Of a stretch of 64,000 nucleotides of DNA, positions 26,373 through 39,279 are shown in pieces (position 1 is the first letter of the stretch; every line of letters starts with the position of its first letter). The translations under genes and the position numbers were made by a program. The notes beneath the pieces are model-generated. The model was not told where the DNA came from. It made no database searches and saw only the letters and a program-made list of their open reading frames with translations. Source of the DNA: Octopus sinensis. Taxonomy: Eukaryota. The stretch is taken from assembly GCF_006345805.1 (NCBI RefSeq), contig NC_043001.1, positions 51,584,001 to 51,648,000 of the forward strand, in the 5' to 3' direction.

Positions 26373-26417
26373 GTACAACATGTGTTTCGACCCATTAGTC
26401 TGGGTCTCTTCAGGTAC
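26373..26417 (-). ncRNA. Minimal type I hammerhead ribozyme
   Basis: Minus strand reads GTAC-CTGAAGA-GACCC(AGACTAAT)GGGTC-GAAA-CACATG-TT^GTAC: intact core, 5-bp stem II, 4-bp stem I, GUU cleavage triplet. Confidence 0.65.
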
Positions 26418-26801
26418 GATGATAAAGAAGTCTCACTAGAGATTTTTAGTGCCGGTAGGCTTGTGCCCATCAAGTTCGGGAATGAATAAAAACAAATAAT
26501 ATTATAGAAACGCAAAATATTCAAATGTGAACGTGGAAATTATGCGTTCCAGTTTAGATAGAATAACCTAATCAACTTTCGCTGACATAACTGCTTAGAG
26601 GAAAAAGAAAGTAAGAGAAAAGAAGAATAATACTTAGACAAGTAGTTTCATGCTCGTGCATATACACACGCACATACATATACATATACATACATATATA
26701 CATACATACACACATTCATACATACATACATACATACATACATACATACATACATACATACATACATACATACATACATACATACATACATACATACATA
26801 C

Positions 26802-26834
<33 letters not shown>

Positions 26835-27757
26835 CATGGAATATACGAGAAATTATTATGAATCACAATAATTTTTCGACACACCTAGCATCGATTCCTC
26901 TTGGGTAGGGCACTCAACATCTAGTTCAGAAGCATCCGGTGGTGCAGATGTATTTCGTCGGGTGATAGGTAAATACAACGCGTTAAAATAGCTGTTCTGA
27001 AATGCAACTTACCGTTTTATAGAGAGAAAAGCAACCAGACGGAGGAAATATCTTTATTTCTATAGAAGATCAAAAATAAAATCACAGATAGCAAAAAGAG
27101 AAAAGAACACACAATCCAGCGAGAAAAGTACTGAAAATAACCGTTAACAAATATGGATGCATAAACGCCCTCGCGCATGAACAGTCGTTCATACGAGCAT
27201 CCGCGAAAATGTAAGCGTACGTACACGTGTGGTCACAAAGCGAGTTAAATATCTACTTGGTGTTTATAGGAATGGGGAGGTTAAAAGTAAATTTTATTCA
27301 TTCATACCCTGAAGTATATAAAGTATATTATATATCTTAACAGTTAATCAAATTAATTCCCATTGCATTGTGTGAAAGTACATTTATATGATCTTCTCAT
27401 TAGTTCACAGAATGGACAGGGATTCTTCGGAGCAGAGACGGCATCTACTGGAAATTATATTATATGGTTTCGCGTGCCTTACTATGGACCAAGTTATGCT
27501 GTACTTAATTTTATTCTCCTTCAATCACCATACAAAATCGGCTAAAGATGTTGAATGTCTCTTATTAATTTTCTTAAAGCTAGCGACATGGTTACAATAA
27601 CGATTCTTAAGTGAATCAGCCGTCTGTCTAATGTAAACATACAACTCTCCCCTTGTGTGTACAGTGCATTTATATACAAATTTTGTACTCATACAGAGGT
27701 TTATCAATGGGCATTTTGGTTTTTCTCTGAATGAGCATTTATCATATTTATTTGTAT

Positions 27758-28144
27758 ACTAGCAGTATCGCCCGGCGTTGCTCGGGTTTGTAAGGGAAAT
27801 AACTATAAAGCATTTTTAGAGAGTTATACCCAAAAAATAGCAAAAAAATGGAAAAAAGATTATGGTAAATTTTTTTTTGAGAGTTAAAACGGTCGAGTTG
27901 CGTCCCCTAGACAGTCTGTGGTTTGTGTTTCTGATTCTCGACCCCATGTCGAATTTATCGATTTTTTTTAGAATTGGGGCAACTTTTCAAAATTTTCTCT
28001 GCGTTAGTTTTGAATTATGACTTTGGGCTATGTGTGTGTCAAGTTTCATCAGAATCGGTTGAAAGCCGTGGTCAGGGTGAGGGTACAACCTAACAGACAC
28101 ACAGAAACACACACAGACAAACTGCCGTTTATATAGAGAGAGAT
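27758..28144 (+). mobile_element. Non-autonomous Helentron/DINE-1-like element
   Basis: ACTAGCAGTATCGCCCGGCGTTGCTCGGG ... CAGACAAACTGCCGTTTATATAGAGAGAGAT; termini shared with 20793-21186. Confidence 0.6.
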
Positions 28145-28149
28145 AAGGC

Positions 28150-29490
28150 AGTTCCGACTCCATTTACGATGTTGTTACCGTGTTAGCTGTATCATTAGCA
28201 TTTCTACTATTACAATTTGTCCATAATTGGTGTTTTTCATTGTGGTTTATATCTCCTTTGTTAGTATGTAAATGCATATGTTCGCTAGATTCAGTAGGTG
28301 GGTTATTGAACCTTTGTTGCATTTTATTATTGTATATGCAATGCATAAGCTGTTGCATTTTACTATTGTATATGCGATGCATAAGTAGCAGAGTTAGCGT
28401 AGGATACCTTCACGGTGTGCCGATGAAAAATAGCATGATACCGATTAGATTTAGGAAAACATTTGTCCAAAGCAGCAAAAAATTTTCTAGCAGTCTTGGT
28501 TGAAACATGTGAACCGAAAATCGGGTTGAACCAGAGGACATCCAGATTCCTATATTTGCCGTTAGGCTTATTTGATCGAGTGTGTTGTACAGGATTGGAA
28601 CATCTTACAGTGTTACAAGCAGTTTTTATCATTATGTCGCGTGTGTCTATGAGTTTTCGGTGGTAGTTCATGATTTGTAACCCTGTATTGTCAATTCTTT
28701 TTAATACGTCATCGTTACTAGCGAGTTTATATTTGCTGTGTAATTCCTTCCTAATCATAGACTTATAAATTCAATATCATCAATGTAAATGTTACTTGTT
28801 TTGTCCGCTAGTACAAGTATCTTTGGGGCTTTCTCGAAGTCAAACAAGTAATTTTCTGATTTTCTGTTGATGTATATATTGCATATTCTAGGGTACTTCA
28901 TGAACTTCACGTTCCTAACCATATTATATAATTCCTCTTCAAATCTGGTTAGGTATTTAGGTATTGGTTAGTCGGTGGGTTCCTCCTAGATGTGAATACT
29001 TAGTGGGTCACCATGTTCAGCTTTGTCATTTGATTTAAGCTTCTTGTCAAATATGAAAGCTTTCCACAGCATCTACATACCAGTTGGTTCGTTTTCTCCA
29101 AAAGATCACGTATATAATCCTTCTTACTGGGTATAGGTATATACTTTAGCGAAACATCCAGATTTATTTTATCCATCATCGTGGTACGCTATCTTATAGG
29201 ACCTTCCACCCGGAAATCGGAAATTCGTTGTGGTTATTGGATAATTAAACGAATGGTTTACACCTGGTAGCTTGCTGGTAAAGCTGATTAAAGAATGGTT
29301 TATACCTGGTAGCTTTCACAGTGATCGTTATGTTCATGGTAAATAAAAGACGGAAGATGGAATATACGAGAATTTATATGAATCATATATATGAGAAAAA
29401 AGTCAAGGTAGAAAATGCTGAGATAATTTTATAAAAAACATTTCACTGCCGGTTTCAGTCATTGAGACTTTTTCAACTGTAAGTATGGAA
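28150..29490 (-). mobile_element. Internally deleted Penelope-like element
   Basis: N-terminal MDKINLDVSLKYIPIPSKKDYIRDLLEKT (ATG at 29176) and post-RT segment VLWFNPIFGSHVSTKTARKFFAALDKCFP..IFHRHTVKVSY leading to CNSR. A decayed hammerhead-like motif lies at about 29445-29480. Confidence 0.75.
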
Positions 29491-30079
29491 AACAAATTTT
29501 GGAAAAATTAAATGAAAAGTTTTTTAAAAGAATATTTGCATAGTATTCAAATACAAGGAGCATTTCTCTTGTTTCTGCCTGTCTCTGTCTCTCCTATTTA
29601 CTCTTATTCGTTTGAACCTTGTGCAGTCATGCTGGAACACCAACGTGATTTTGTTCCCTTTCCTCGAGTGTATTAGTGTATTTATCACCCAAGACGTTGA
29701 GCATATTATAACATATATTTAGAACTACATCATAAAATATGTCCTTCCATTAAGAAAGCAGTAAGTTACTGGAAGGAGATTTGATTGCAATTTACTAGGA
29801 TGTTAAGTAACCGCGTAGAGTTGGCATTGGTGTTTCCAGCTGTTCTATATCGATGCTGTCATTACTAACGTTAGAATAACAGCTAGTATCGTCACTGCAA
29901 GTTGTGTGCCATGGCTACCGCTGATTATATAAACATTACGCAGATTAGATTAGTGAAGGCTGGTGGGGCGGGTGGGGTGGGGGATAAAAACGAAAACAAA
30001 ATAAAACAAATGTCTTTTAGTGACATGTTAATAATGATAAAGTTGGTTGTCTAGATTGTAGTGCCATTTGATGTAAGCG

Positions 30080-31520
30080 GAGGTAGTGGTGGAGGTCTAG
30101 TGGCGGCGACGGCGACTGCGGTGGTGGCAGTTTGTATAGCACAGGTGACCTTGAAATCATGAAGCTGGTGAGTCTCAGTGTGGTGTTGATATTGTAAATG
30201 ATTATTAATGGTGTTGTCATCTTACTAGTAACATTGGACAAATGGTTGTTGTTGTTGTTGGTTGTGGTGGTAGTGACAGTGCTGACATTGTAAATGACGG
30301 TGGTAGTGTCGACGTTGTTGCAAATAGAGGTGGTGGTGGTGGTGGTAGTGGTGACGGTCTTGTCTTTGTTGCTGTTGCTGTTGCTGTAGTTGTTGTTATA
30401 GCGGCGTGGTAATGGTAATGGTGGTAGTGGTGGTGGTGGTGGCGCTGCTGCTGGCAGTGGTGGCGGCGCTGGGGAGCGAGGGTGGTGGTGGTGGTGGTGG
30501 TGATGGCATTGTCTTTGTTGCTGTTGCTGTAGTTGTTATTATAACGGTGTGGTGATGGTAGTGGTGGTGGTGATGGTGTTGTCTTTGTTGCTGTTGCTGT
30601 AGTTGTTATTATAACGGTGTGTTGATGGTGGTGGTGGTGATGGTGGTTGTTGGTGGTGGTGGTGCTGCTGTTGCAGCTGCTGGTAGTGGTGGCGGCGGTG
30701 GGGAGCGATGTGGTGGCGACGGCGGAGCCTTAGTGGTCGTGGTGATGGTGTCGGCGGCGACGGGGCGATGGTGGTGGTGGTGGTGGTGATAGTGGTGGTG
30801 GTGGTGGTGGTGATAGTGGTGGTGGCGGCAGCGGTGGTGGTCGCGGTAGTGTCTAGTGTTGTTGCTGTTGATGTTGTAAGTGATGGTTGCAGTAATAGTA
30901 CTGGTGGTGGTGGTGGTGGTAGTGATGGTGGTGGTGAGTTGTGGTAGTGGTGGTTGTAGCCGTGATGGTTTTCGTGTTAGTATTTCATGGTGGTGGTTTT
31001 CGTTGTGGTGTTGGTAGTAGTTTTGGTGGTGATGGGGGTGAAATCGGCGCTACCTTAGTGCTGACATGCGAGTGATGTAGCTGTCAAAATGATGTTACTG
31101 GTAGTGTTGATTCTGCTGTTGTTGTTGTTGTTGTTGTTAATGACGGTGTTGATATTTTGATGTCATAAGTGATAGTCGTGGTGGTGCTCGTCGTGGTGCT
31201 GACGTCGATGTGGTGTCTGTACATACCACCACCACCACCACTATGGCGTGTCATGTACTGGTGGTGGTGGTGGTGGTAGTGGTGGTAGTGGTGGTGGTAG
31301 TAGTGGTGGTGGTGGTGGTGGTGGTGATGGTGGTTGTGGTTGTGGTGGTGGTGGTGGTGGTGGTGGTGGTAGTGGTAGTGGTGGTGGTGGTGGTGGTAGT
31401 GGTGGTGGTGGTGATGATGGTGGTGGTGGTTGTGGTAGTGGTGGTAGTGTTGGTGGTGGTGGTGGTGGTGGTGGTGGTAGTGGTGGTGGTGGTGGTGGTG
31501 GTGGTGGTGGTGGTGGTAGG
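30080..31520. repeat. (GGT)n-rich low-complexity trinucleotide field
   Basis: Direct reading; contains local duplications of about 60 bp near 30500-30620. Confidence 0.95.
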
Positions 31521-32050
31521 GTGATATTGGTGGTTGTGGAAGTTTTGCCATCAGAAAGCCCTGATATAGCAACGAATAAAAGCGTTCCATCCGTGACCGT
31601 CGCCTTCTTCCTCATCTCTTATTATAAAAGGCAGATTTTATCTGCCTCCCTTTGTCAGTTATATAAATCTACAATATAGGATTTCTTCAATTACAATTTA
31701 CCTAGCATTTTTAAGAGTAGAATGCATCGGGTCGTGCCAGGTCCAGTTTTTAAAATTTAAACTCCAATTAAGCAAAATTTACAGAAAACTCACATTCTGG
31801 TGTGTATGTCAAATGCTTTTCTTAATGTGGTTTACACCACACGCACACGCACACACACAGTGTGCAACGAATAAAATGAAAGTAATTCACTGTGTGTGTG
31901 TTGACAGGTAGACAATAGAATGCGATGGCGATGGCGATGTAATATTTGTTTCTGTCTATCACGCTGATAGATACATGAGTAAAATGTATGGAATCACTTG
32001 TTGGGAAATGTGTGAAAATTATGGTAAGACACACCAACAAGGTTTCAGTA

Positions 32051-32833
32051 CAGTGATCCCTCATTTGTCACGGTAGATTGGTTCCGAGACCGGCTGCGAT
32101 AACTAAATTTCCGCGAAGTAGGGACACTATATTTACAGTATTTATTTAATGTGTATTTGGACTTTTAAAACCCTCCCTGTACTGTTAACAACCCACCCAT
32201 TACAGTGGTCTATTAATAACAAAGACAACTGTTAAACAATAACTCTTTAGATAAAAAAAAAATATAGATTGTTACTGTACTCAACATGAAAGAAGTTAAA
32301 GTAATATTTGAATGATGATAGTGATGAATTTGCTGCACAGTAGAAATGATGATGATGGAGCTGACGGCAGTGCCCTTTTCTGGGACACCTCTTCCACTTC
32401 TTCCAAAATGCAAAATTCAATGCAAAGAAACAAAAAAAAAAATCACACACAGCACAGTGTGAAGTAGTACAGTAAACCACTTGGCAAGAAGGCTTGAAGC
32501 GAAATGGCCGCAAGAGAGAGACAAGGGAAGATGCTGCGGATCTGAGCATCGGTCAAAACACCAATCACAGGCCAGGGTACAGAATAGAAAGCTGTGATTC
32601 GTCATCTCTCTCCATTGCACCAATCACAGCCCGTCTTAAGTTCAAATACCTCTGTATATGCTTTTTTGCTATTTTACGCTTGTTTTGTTGTTCCTAGACT
32701 AGGAAATAATATTTATTATTAATATTTTAATGGATTTAATGAAAAATTTTAGGAGTTCATATATATATATTTTTAAAATCTGCAAAGTCGTGAATCCACG
32801 ATAGTTGAACCACGAAGTAGTGAGGGATCACTG
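32051..32833. mobile_element. Tigger/pogo-like MITE, 783 bp
   Basis: 13-bp perfect TIRs CAGTGATCCCTCA / TGAGGGATCACTG, flanked by TA at 32049-32050 and 32834-32835. No transposase ORF. Confidence 0.85.
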
Positions 32834-33234
32834 TAATTTGCTTGGATGATGTAGATGTGTCAGAGTTAAAGTAAAAGTATTCAGTATAGAGATGACTGAG
32901 CTGTGATCTCAATTATCTAACTTAAGGACAGAAACTGTCACGTGGGGTAATTGTTTGGATTTAAACATAAAGAAAAAATCAAAATAGCTTGGAGAGAATG
33001 AAATGATCAGAGACCTGACTTTGTGAGGAGACTAACTGGTACATGTGTAGATTAATATGGTAAAGTTTTATACTTCTGAACTTACAGAATTAATGTGAGA
33101 TGAATAAGAGAGTTAGCAGTAGCTGTTTACATTGAAGTTACTTTGCACAATGACTTTGGAGCGAGGTAAGGAATGGCAACATGTTCTCAATCAATCCAGG
33201 AAGGCAAATTTTCAAACACCCCCTGGTTGGTTCT

Positions 33235-33720
33235 TCTATGAATATTGGTTTCAAGTTTTGGCACAAGGCCAGCAATTTTGGGGAGGGATTAAGTTGATTA
33301 GATAGCCCAAGACTCAACTTGTACTTATTTTATCAACCCTGAAAGAACGAAAGGCAAAATCAACCTCAGTAGAATTTGAACCCAGAACATAAAGCCAAAC
33401 AGAATGCCACTAAGCAATTTTCTCAGTGCAGTAATGATTCTTCCACCTCACTACCTTTTCTTCTATGAATATTGATGTGATGTGAAGAATTGTTCAGATT
33501 GATTTTCCATTCATTTTTTGCTTTTATATTTTGATATGTCTTCATCATATTAATGTGACACAAGATCCTGAATAACACGGCTGTGTGATTAAGAAGTTCA
33601 CCTTTTCCAACCATGTAGCTTTGGATTCTGTCCAACAGCATGGCACCTAGGGCAAGTACCTTTTGCTACAGCCACAGATTGACCAATGTCTTGCGTTGGA
33701 ATTTGGTAGATAGAAACTGA
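33235..33720 (-). mobile_element. SINE family A (33235-33445) plus SINE family C (33560-33720)
   Basis: Inverted, diverged copies of the cores seen at 3640 and 6408. Confidence 0.7.
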
Positions 33721-33750
33721 AACAATCCTATCATGTATATGTGAGTGTGA

Positions 33751-33809
<59 letters not shown>

Positions 33810-33835
33810 TGTGTGTGAGTGTGTGTGTGAGTGTG

Positions 33836-33866
<31 letters not shown>

Positions 33867-35247
33867 TTGTGTATGTGTGTGTGTGTGTGTGTGTGTTTTA
33901 CAATCTAAAGTGAACAATGCAACAGATGGTGATGTCACTGTTTGTAGGTGGGCTGCACCTATTGACGTTTGTTGATATTCCCTGTCAACAAAATGCTTGG
34001 TACCTCTACACTCGAAAATTCTTTTAGATCCCTGCACTTGAAAAATAGTTAAGATTTAGTGACAGGATGAGAATTCAGCTATAGAAATATTACCTCAAGT
34101 ACCTCCTCACCTAATCTTTGCTAAGTAAAAAAAACAAAAGGTAAATGAGCAAATGAACTATTTTGAATGTTGAAGCATTCATACTTTTCCCAATGACACC
34201 AACAATGTGATTAGAGTATGATGCTTTCAATTGCAAATCAAAATCACTTTATTATTTCAAACCATTAACCTGTTAGTGAATCTTGATCGTAATACTCACC
34301 ATTTTCACACTGAAGATTTGTGGCTGATTTCTGAAAAAATCACAAAAAAATAAGAAACAATTAATTATGGAAACATTGACAAGGAATTGAGATATTATGG
34401 TAAAAAAAAACATGAAGTATGAAGTAAACCTGAAACAAGAGGTGATAAACATTTCCACCAATAAATATCATTGAGAATATTTTTGTGTCTCAGTCATCAA
34501 AGATCACTCTAAACTGTAACATATGTTTGATTTGTGTTTTGATCAATAACTTTAGTCATTGCTTCTATGATACAAATACAATTAAATGAGGTGACATCAG
34601 GTATTCAACAAGGACAATTGACATCATCATAAATGAGTGATGTGACTTATTCACATGTCTCTCAAGGAATAAATCATAAAAACATGAAAGAACCATTTGA
34701 CATAAGAAACACAGGAAAGTACATGAGATTTTACAAAAAATTGATAACATGTACATTAACAACATCTAAGAAAACAAAACCTGACAAAATCTGTCAACCG
34801 AAAAAGTTGTTTGAATGGTTTGGGTCTCAGAGCAACCAAGAGAGGGGTCATGTCTTGATTGTAATTCAAGTACAGTAATGAATAAAGATATTGTCTATAT
34901 ACTTGTTTTAAAATGGTTATACTGTATTTGTTCATGTTGTAGTACCAAATAAAGGGACAACTGGAAAAGCAGATTTAATGAAATACAGCTATTAGAATTT
35001 TAAAAGACATAGCAATATTTTCATATTTCCTTTAAAGGAGTGTTTTGTGGAGCTTTTTTTTTTACAATTTCTTTTTGTTTTTTGAAAAGTATGAAAACAC
35101 AATATTTTTTCTCATTATATTCTAATTACCAAATGCTCTAATTAAGGCATGTAACAGCATGACAATAACAGCAATTATTTTCCATAACTTTAAAAGTTAA
35201 TTATAGAATTGCTGTAGTCACAGCAATTATGTTCTGTCAATGTTATT

Positions 35248-35278
<31 letters not shown>

Positions 35279-35779
35279 TGTTGTAGTAGTAGTAGTAGTT
35301 GTGGTTTCTTTATTGATCACAAAGGGCTTGTACATACAATAAACATTAAAACTAGTGCTTAAAATGCAAGCAGAGAAGGACAAATACAGTTATATTTTAA
35401 AATAAGAGAAAAAAGAGTGAGAATTTTATACAATAAATGGGTTAGAAATTTGATAAAAGGTATGAAATAAGTATAAAATTACTTGAAAATTCAGAAATTA
35501 AAACAAGATATCACAATAATAGTAAAAATATGAAAATATATTTAGCAGTACCCACACACAGATAAAAATCCTCCACCTACATCAGCTCATATCTGGGATC
35601 AAGAACAGTCCCATTCCATTTCTTTCAGGTACTAAGAACTTGTCTATTCAAAAAGTTGTAAGAACAGATTGGCTATCAGGGCAAGTGAAAGAGGGCCCAT
35701 GTCTTGACTGTAAGTTAAGTGCAGTATTTGACAATAGATGTATGTATCCCTGTTTTAAAATAGGCATACTGTATCTCTG

Positions 35780-35990
35780 TGAAGCTGCATGGCTAAAGCG
35801 GTTAGAATATTTGGTTCATGATCATAGGGTTGTGAGTTCAATTCCAAGGGACATGCTGAGTCCTTGAGCAAGACACTTTATTTCAAGTTGCTCCAGTCTA
35901 CTCAGCTGGCAAAAATGAGTAATACTTGTATTTCAAAGGACCAGCCTTGTCATACTCTGTGTCATGCTGAATCTCTCTGAGAATTACATT
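35780..35990 (+). mobile_element. tRNA-head SINE
   Basis: Head TGGCTAAAGCGGTTAGA...GTGAGTTCAATTCC, body CCTTGAGCAAGACACTTTATTTCAAGTTGCTCCAGT. Confidence 0.65.
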
Positions 35991-36014
35991 AAAAAATTTG
36001 AAACTAATATGGTA

Positions 36015-36410
36015 CCGACTGGCCCCAACTGGCCTCCGTGCCGGTGGCATGTAAAAAGCACCATCTGTTCGTGGCCGTTGCCAGCCTCGCCTGGCCTCCG
36101 TGCCAGTGGCATGTAAAAGCACCATCCATTCGTGGCCATTGCCAGCCTCGCCTGGCCCCTGTGCCGGTGGCACGTAAAAGCACCATCCGTCCATGGCCGT
36201 CTGCCAGCTCTGTCTGGCACCTGTGCGGGTGGCACGTAAAACGCACCCACTACACTCACAGAGTGGTTGGCGTTAGGAAGGGCATCCAACCGTAGAAACA
36301 CTGCCAGATCAGACTGGGCCTGAAGCAGCCTTCTGGCTTCACAGACCCCAGTTGAACCGTCCAACCCATGCTAGCATGGAAAGCAGACATTAAATGATGA
36401 TGATGATGGT
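36015..36410 (+). mobile_element. LINE (RTE-type) 3' end with about four tandem 60-bp subrepeats and a (TGA)n tail
   Basis: GTGCC(G/A)GTGGCA(C/T)GTAAAAGCACC repeated, then GTTGGCGTTAGGAAGGGCATCC...CCAACCCATGCTAGCATGGAAA and TGATGATGATG. Clade assignment is from recall. Confidence 0.55.
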
Positions 36411-36599
36411 ACCATGGAAATGCAAATGTTTGCTACCTCAGCCGACCTTTTGAAGATAACTTCCACTGATCCCATTTCTGGATCAGCCTGTCTATCTTAT
36501 CTGTAATGTCATCTCTGTTTCTATCCACCTGGAAGTCAAAAGTGAACAAGAATACAAGCATCTTAAATAGAACACCTGTTCAGTAACAGGTGCCACTGC

Positions 36600-37690
36600 T
36601 GTGATTAGCATAGACTTAACTCTACTGATACCAAATTGTAAATCTACCTACATGTCTTGATTACTGAATGCTCCTGTTACTACCTCAGACCCCTTCAGCA
36701 TGGTGATAACCACCTCACTTTCTGCGGCTAGATAAAACTGTAGAAAGTGCCAACCAAATTAAAACTATTCAAAAAATTATACACATCATTCTTGCACAAC
36801 ATGAAACTTAAAATGCAGTGCCAGTTTTCACTACACATCAGCTTGATATTTAAAAAAAATGGACTAAAGCAAGAATGCATTATTGCCTCTACATTCAACT
36901 AGCTCAAGTTCACTATGAGTAAACTTCTGCCTGGCACCCAGATTTTATGCTGATCAAATAGAAGACTATTTAATAATGATTTACTCCTTGTCAGAACAAA
37001 GGCCACAACTACCAAGTCAACTAAACACTAGTACACAGTTAATACCACAGCATAGCATTCACAGAACTGTTGGCAATTGCTGACATTTTGCCTGCTGTAG
37101 ATGTGAGTATGAGTCTGATTCTCAACATAGTAAAACAATTGATTTGCATTAACAATTACCCACCAAGCAGGGATTCATGTACAATGATAGCTGATGGAAA
37201 ATGTAGAGTACTTTCAGTATCAGGGTAGTCACCAATAACAGAATACAGAGAATGATGTACAGATCCAACACAGATAAAATGGATCATTTTATGATCTGAA
37301 AAGACAAGTATTTGATCATGATCTGAAACAAGCAAGGAAACTTATGGTATACAAGGCAGTTCTTGTAATGCTGCTCTACTCTATGGTTCTGAAACCTGAA
37401 TAAAATATTGGTGGCATCTCCATAAGTTGGAAATATATCACCAGAGATGTCAGAGAAGAATAAAGCACATCTCATAGAATAGACTATCTTCCATCAAGAT
37501 ATATCTGGGACTGAAACTATGATTATGCAACATCAGCTTGGATGGAAGGGACATGTCATGCAAATAGCAGACCATCAGTCACCCAAACAACTGTTTTAAT
37601 CATACTTGAATGAAGGAAAGCATATACAAGAGACAAAGAAAACTGTTCAAAAGCATAGTTGAAGGAAACTCCAAAAGCCTGAATTGTGTA
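36600..37690 (+). mobile_element. Decayed RTE-BovB-like LINE fragment
   Basis: Frameshifted KLMVYKAVL..LLYGSETW-like, HQRC, QHQLGWKGHVMQIADHQSPKQLF peptides at 37330-37600. The 5' boundary is approximate. Confidence 0.65.
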
Positions 37691-38299
37691 GGAGGGGGAA
37701 TATTTGGTGAACAACCAATACAAGCGGAGGTGGATTGTCCCTAATAAAATTCAACACTTTGACAGTACAAACCAATCATCAACACAATACCTCTTCTCTC
37801 ATGTGCTAATAAGAGCCAATCTGAGACTGGATCTAAGGTTTCTATGTAGTCACATGTGAGACCATAAAAGTTCATTCTTGTAAATAATTATTCTTGATCC
37901 AAGGGATTTCTGACGACTGCAACTAACATATAAACAGGTCTCAAATATGTTCAGTATTACTGTTCAAGTTCAAAGATTTGAGCAAAGTCAACTCCAACAT
38001 TGGGACCATCTTTGTGCAAGCAAGAAGGCACACTAGCAAAAAGCTGCTCCTCTAAATGGAAACCTTCATTGTGGTTTTGTGGCATAAAGCAAACCAGGCC
38101 TTGCTGCCTACTCAAGAAAATACATAGTCAATGATCCACAAGCACTTAAGCAAACTGAGTCCTCAACTTGTTCCCTTTGTCAAAAGGTTTGCGAGGTACT
38201 AGCAGGCCTCAAGAGACACATTCGTGCCCATAGAACATGATTACCATTTTATTTTACTGAACCCTCATTTGTTGTGAATGACAAGAGAATCCATCATCT

Positions 38300-38748
38300 A
38301 TATATATATATATATAATTTATTATATAGAAGGAGCTTCTACAGGACTAGAACTGTTTCATTCAAGAGAAATCTTCAGGAAGATTTCTCTTGAATGAAAC
38401 AGTTCTAGTCCTGTAGAAGCTCCTTCTATATAATAAATTATTTTTACTCTGCTATGTATTGAGTACCTTATTTACTGTGGTTAACCCCGAATCAACCCGG
38501 GACCTACATATATATATATATACTAGCTGACATACACAGAAGATCGAAGAGCTTGGTTGGGAAAAAATTACTCATCCACCTTATTCTCCCGACCTTGCTT
38601 CTTCAGACTATCATTTGCTTCGTAGTTTACAGAATCATTTGGGGGACGTAACTTTTGCAAGCTAGGAGGAGGTCGAAACTGACATTTCAGAGTTCTTGGG
38701 TTTGAAACTAAAAGAGTTTTACATTGATGATATATGCATATATATATG

Positions 38749-38782
<34 letters not shown>

Positions 38783-39213
38783 ATATAATTTATTATATAG
38801 AAGGAGCTTCTACAGGACTAGAACTGTTTCATTCAAGAGAAATCTTCAGGAAGATTTCTCTTGAATGAAACAGTTCTAGTCCTGTAGAAGCTCCTTCTAT
38901 ATAATAAATTATTTTTACTCTGCTATGTATTGAGTACCTTATTTACTGTGGTTAACCCCGAATCAACCCGGGACCTACATATATATATATATACTAGCTG
39001 ACATACACAGAAGATCGAAGAGCTTGGTTGGGAAAAAATTACTCATCCACCTTATTCTCCCGACCTTGCTTCTTCAGACTATCATTTGCTTCGTAGTTTA
39101 CAGAATCATTTGGGGGACGTAACTTTTGCAAGCTAGGAGGAGGTCGAAACTGACATTTCAGAGTTCTTGGGTTTGAAACTAAAAGAGTTTTACATTGATG
39201 ATATATGCATATA

Positions 39214-39240
<27 letters not shown>
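38300..39240 (+). repeat. Tandem duplication, period 471 bp; each unit has a 128-bp palindrome and a mariner fragment
   Basis: Palindromes at 38314-38441 and 38785-38912. Mariner peptide QKIEELGWEKITHPPYSPDLASSDYHLLRSLQNHL starts at 38537 and 39008. The non-microsatellite parts appear identical. Confidence 0.92.

Positions 39241-39269
<29 letters not shown>

Positions 39270-39279
<10 letters not shown>

Noticed and set aside
29445-29480. Active hammerhead upstream of the Penelope-like element
   Set aside because: Core reads TTGAAAA and the cleavage triplet lacks the central U.
31084-31679. His-, Pro-, Gly- and Val-rich ORFs
   Set aside because: All are translations of the same (GGT)n tract in different frames, with no domain or splice support.
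38340-38385. Hammerhead at the centre of the 128-bp palindrome (CTGAAGA...GAAA on minus)
   Set aside because: The stem II closing pair and stem I cannot be formed convincingly.
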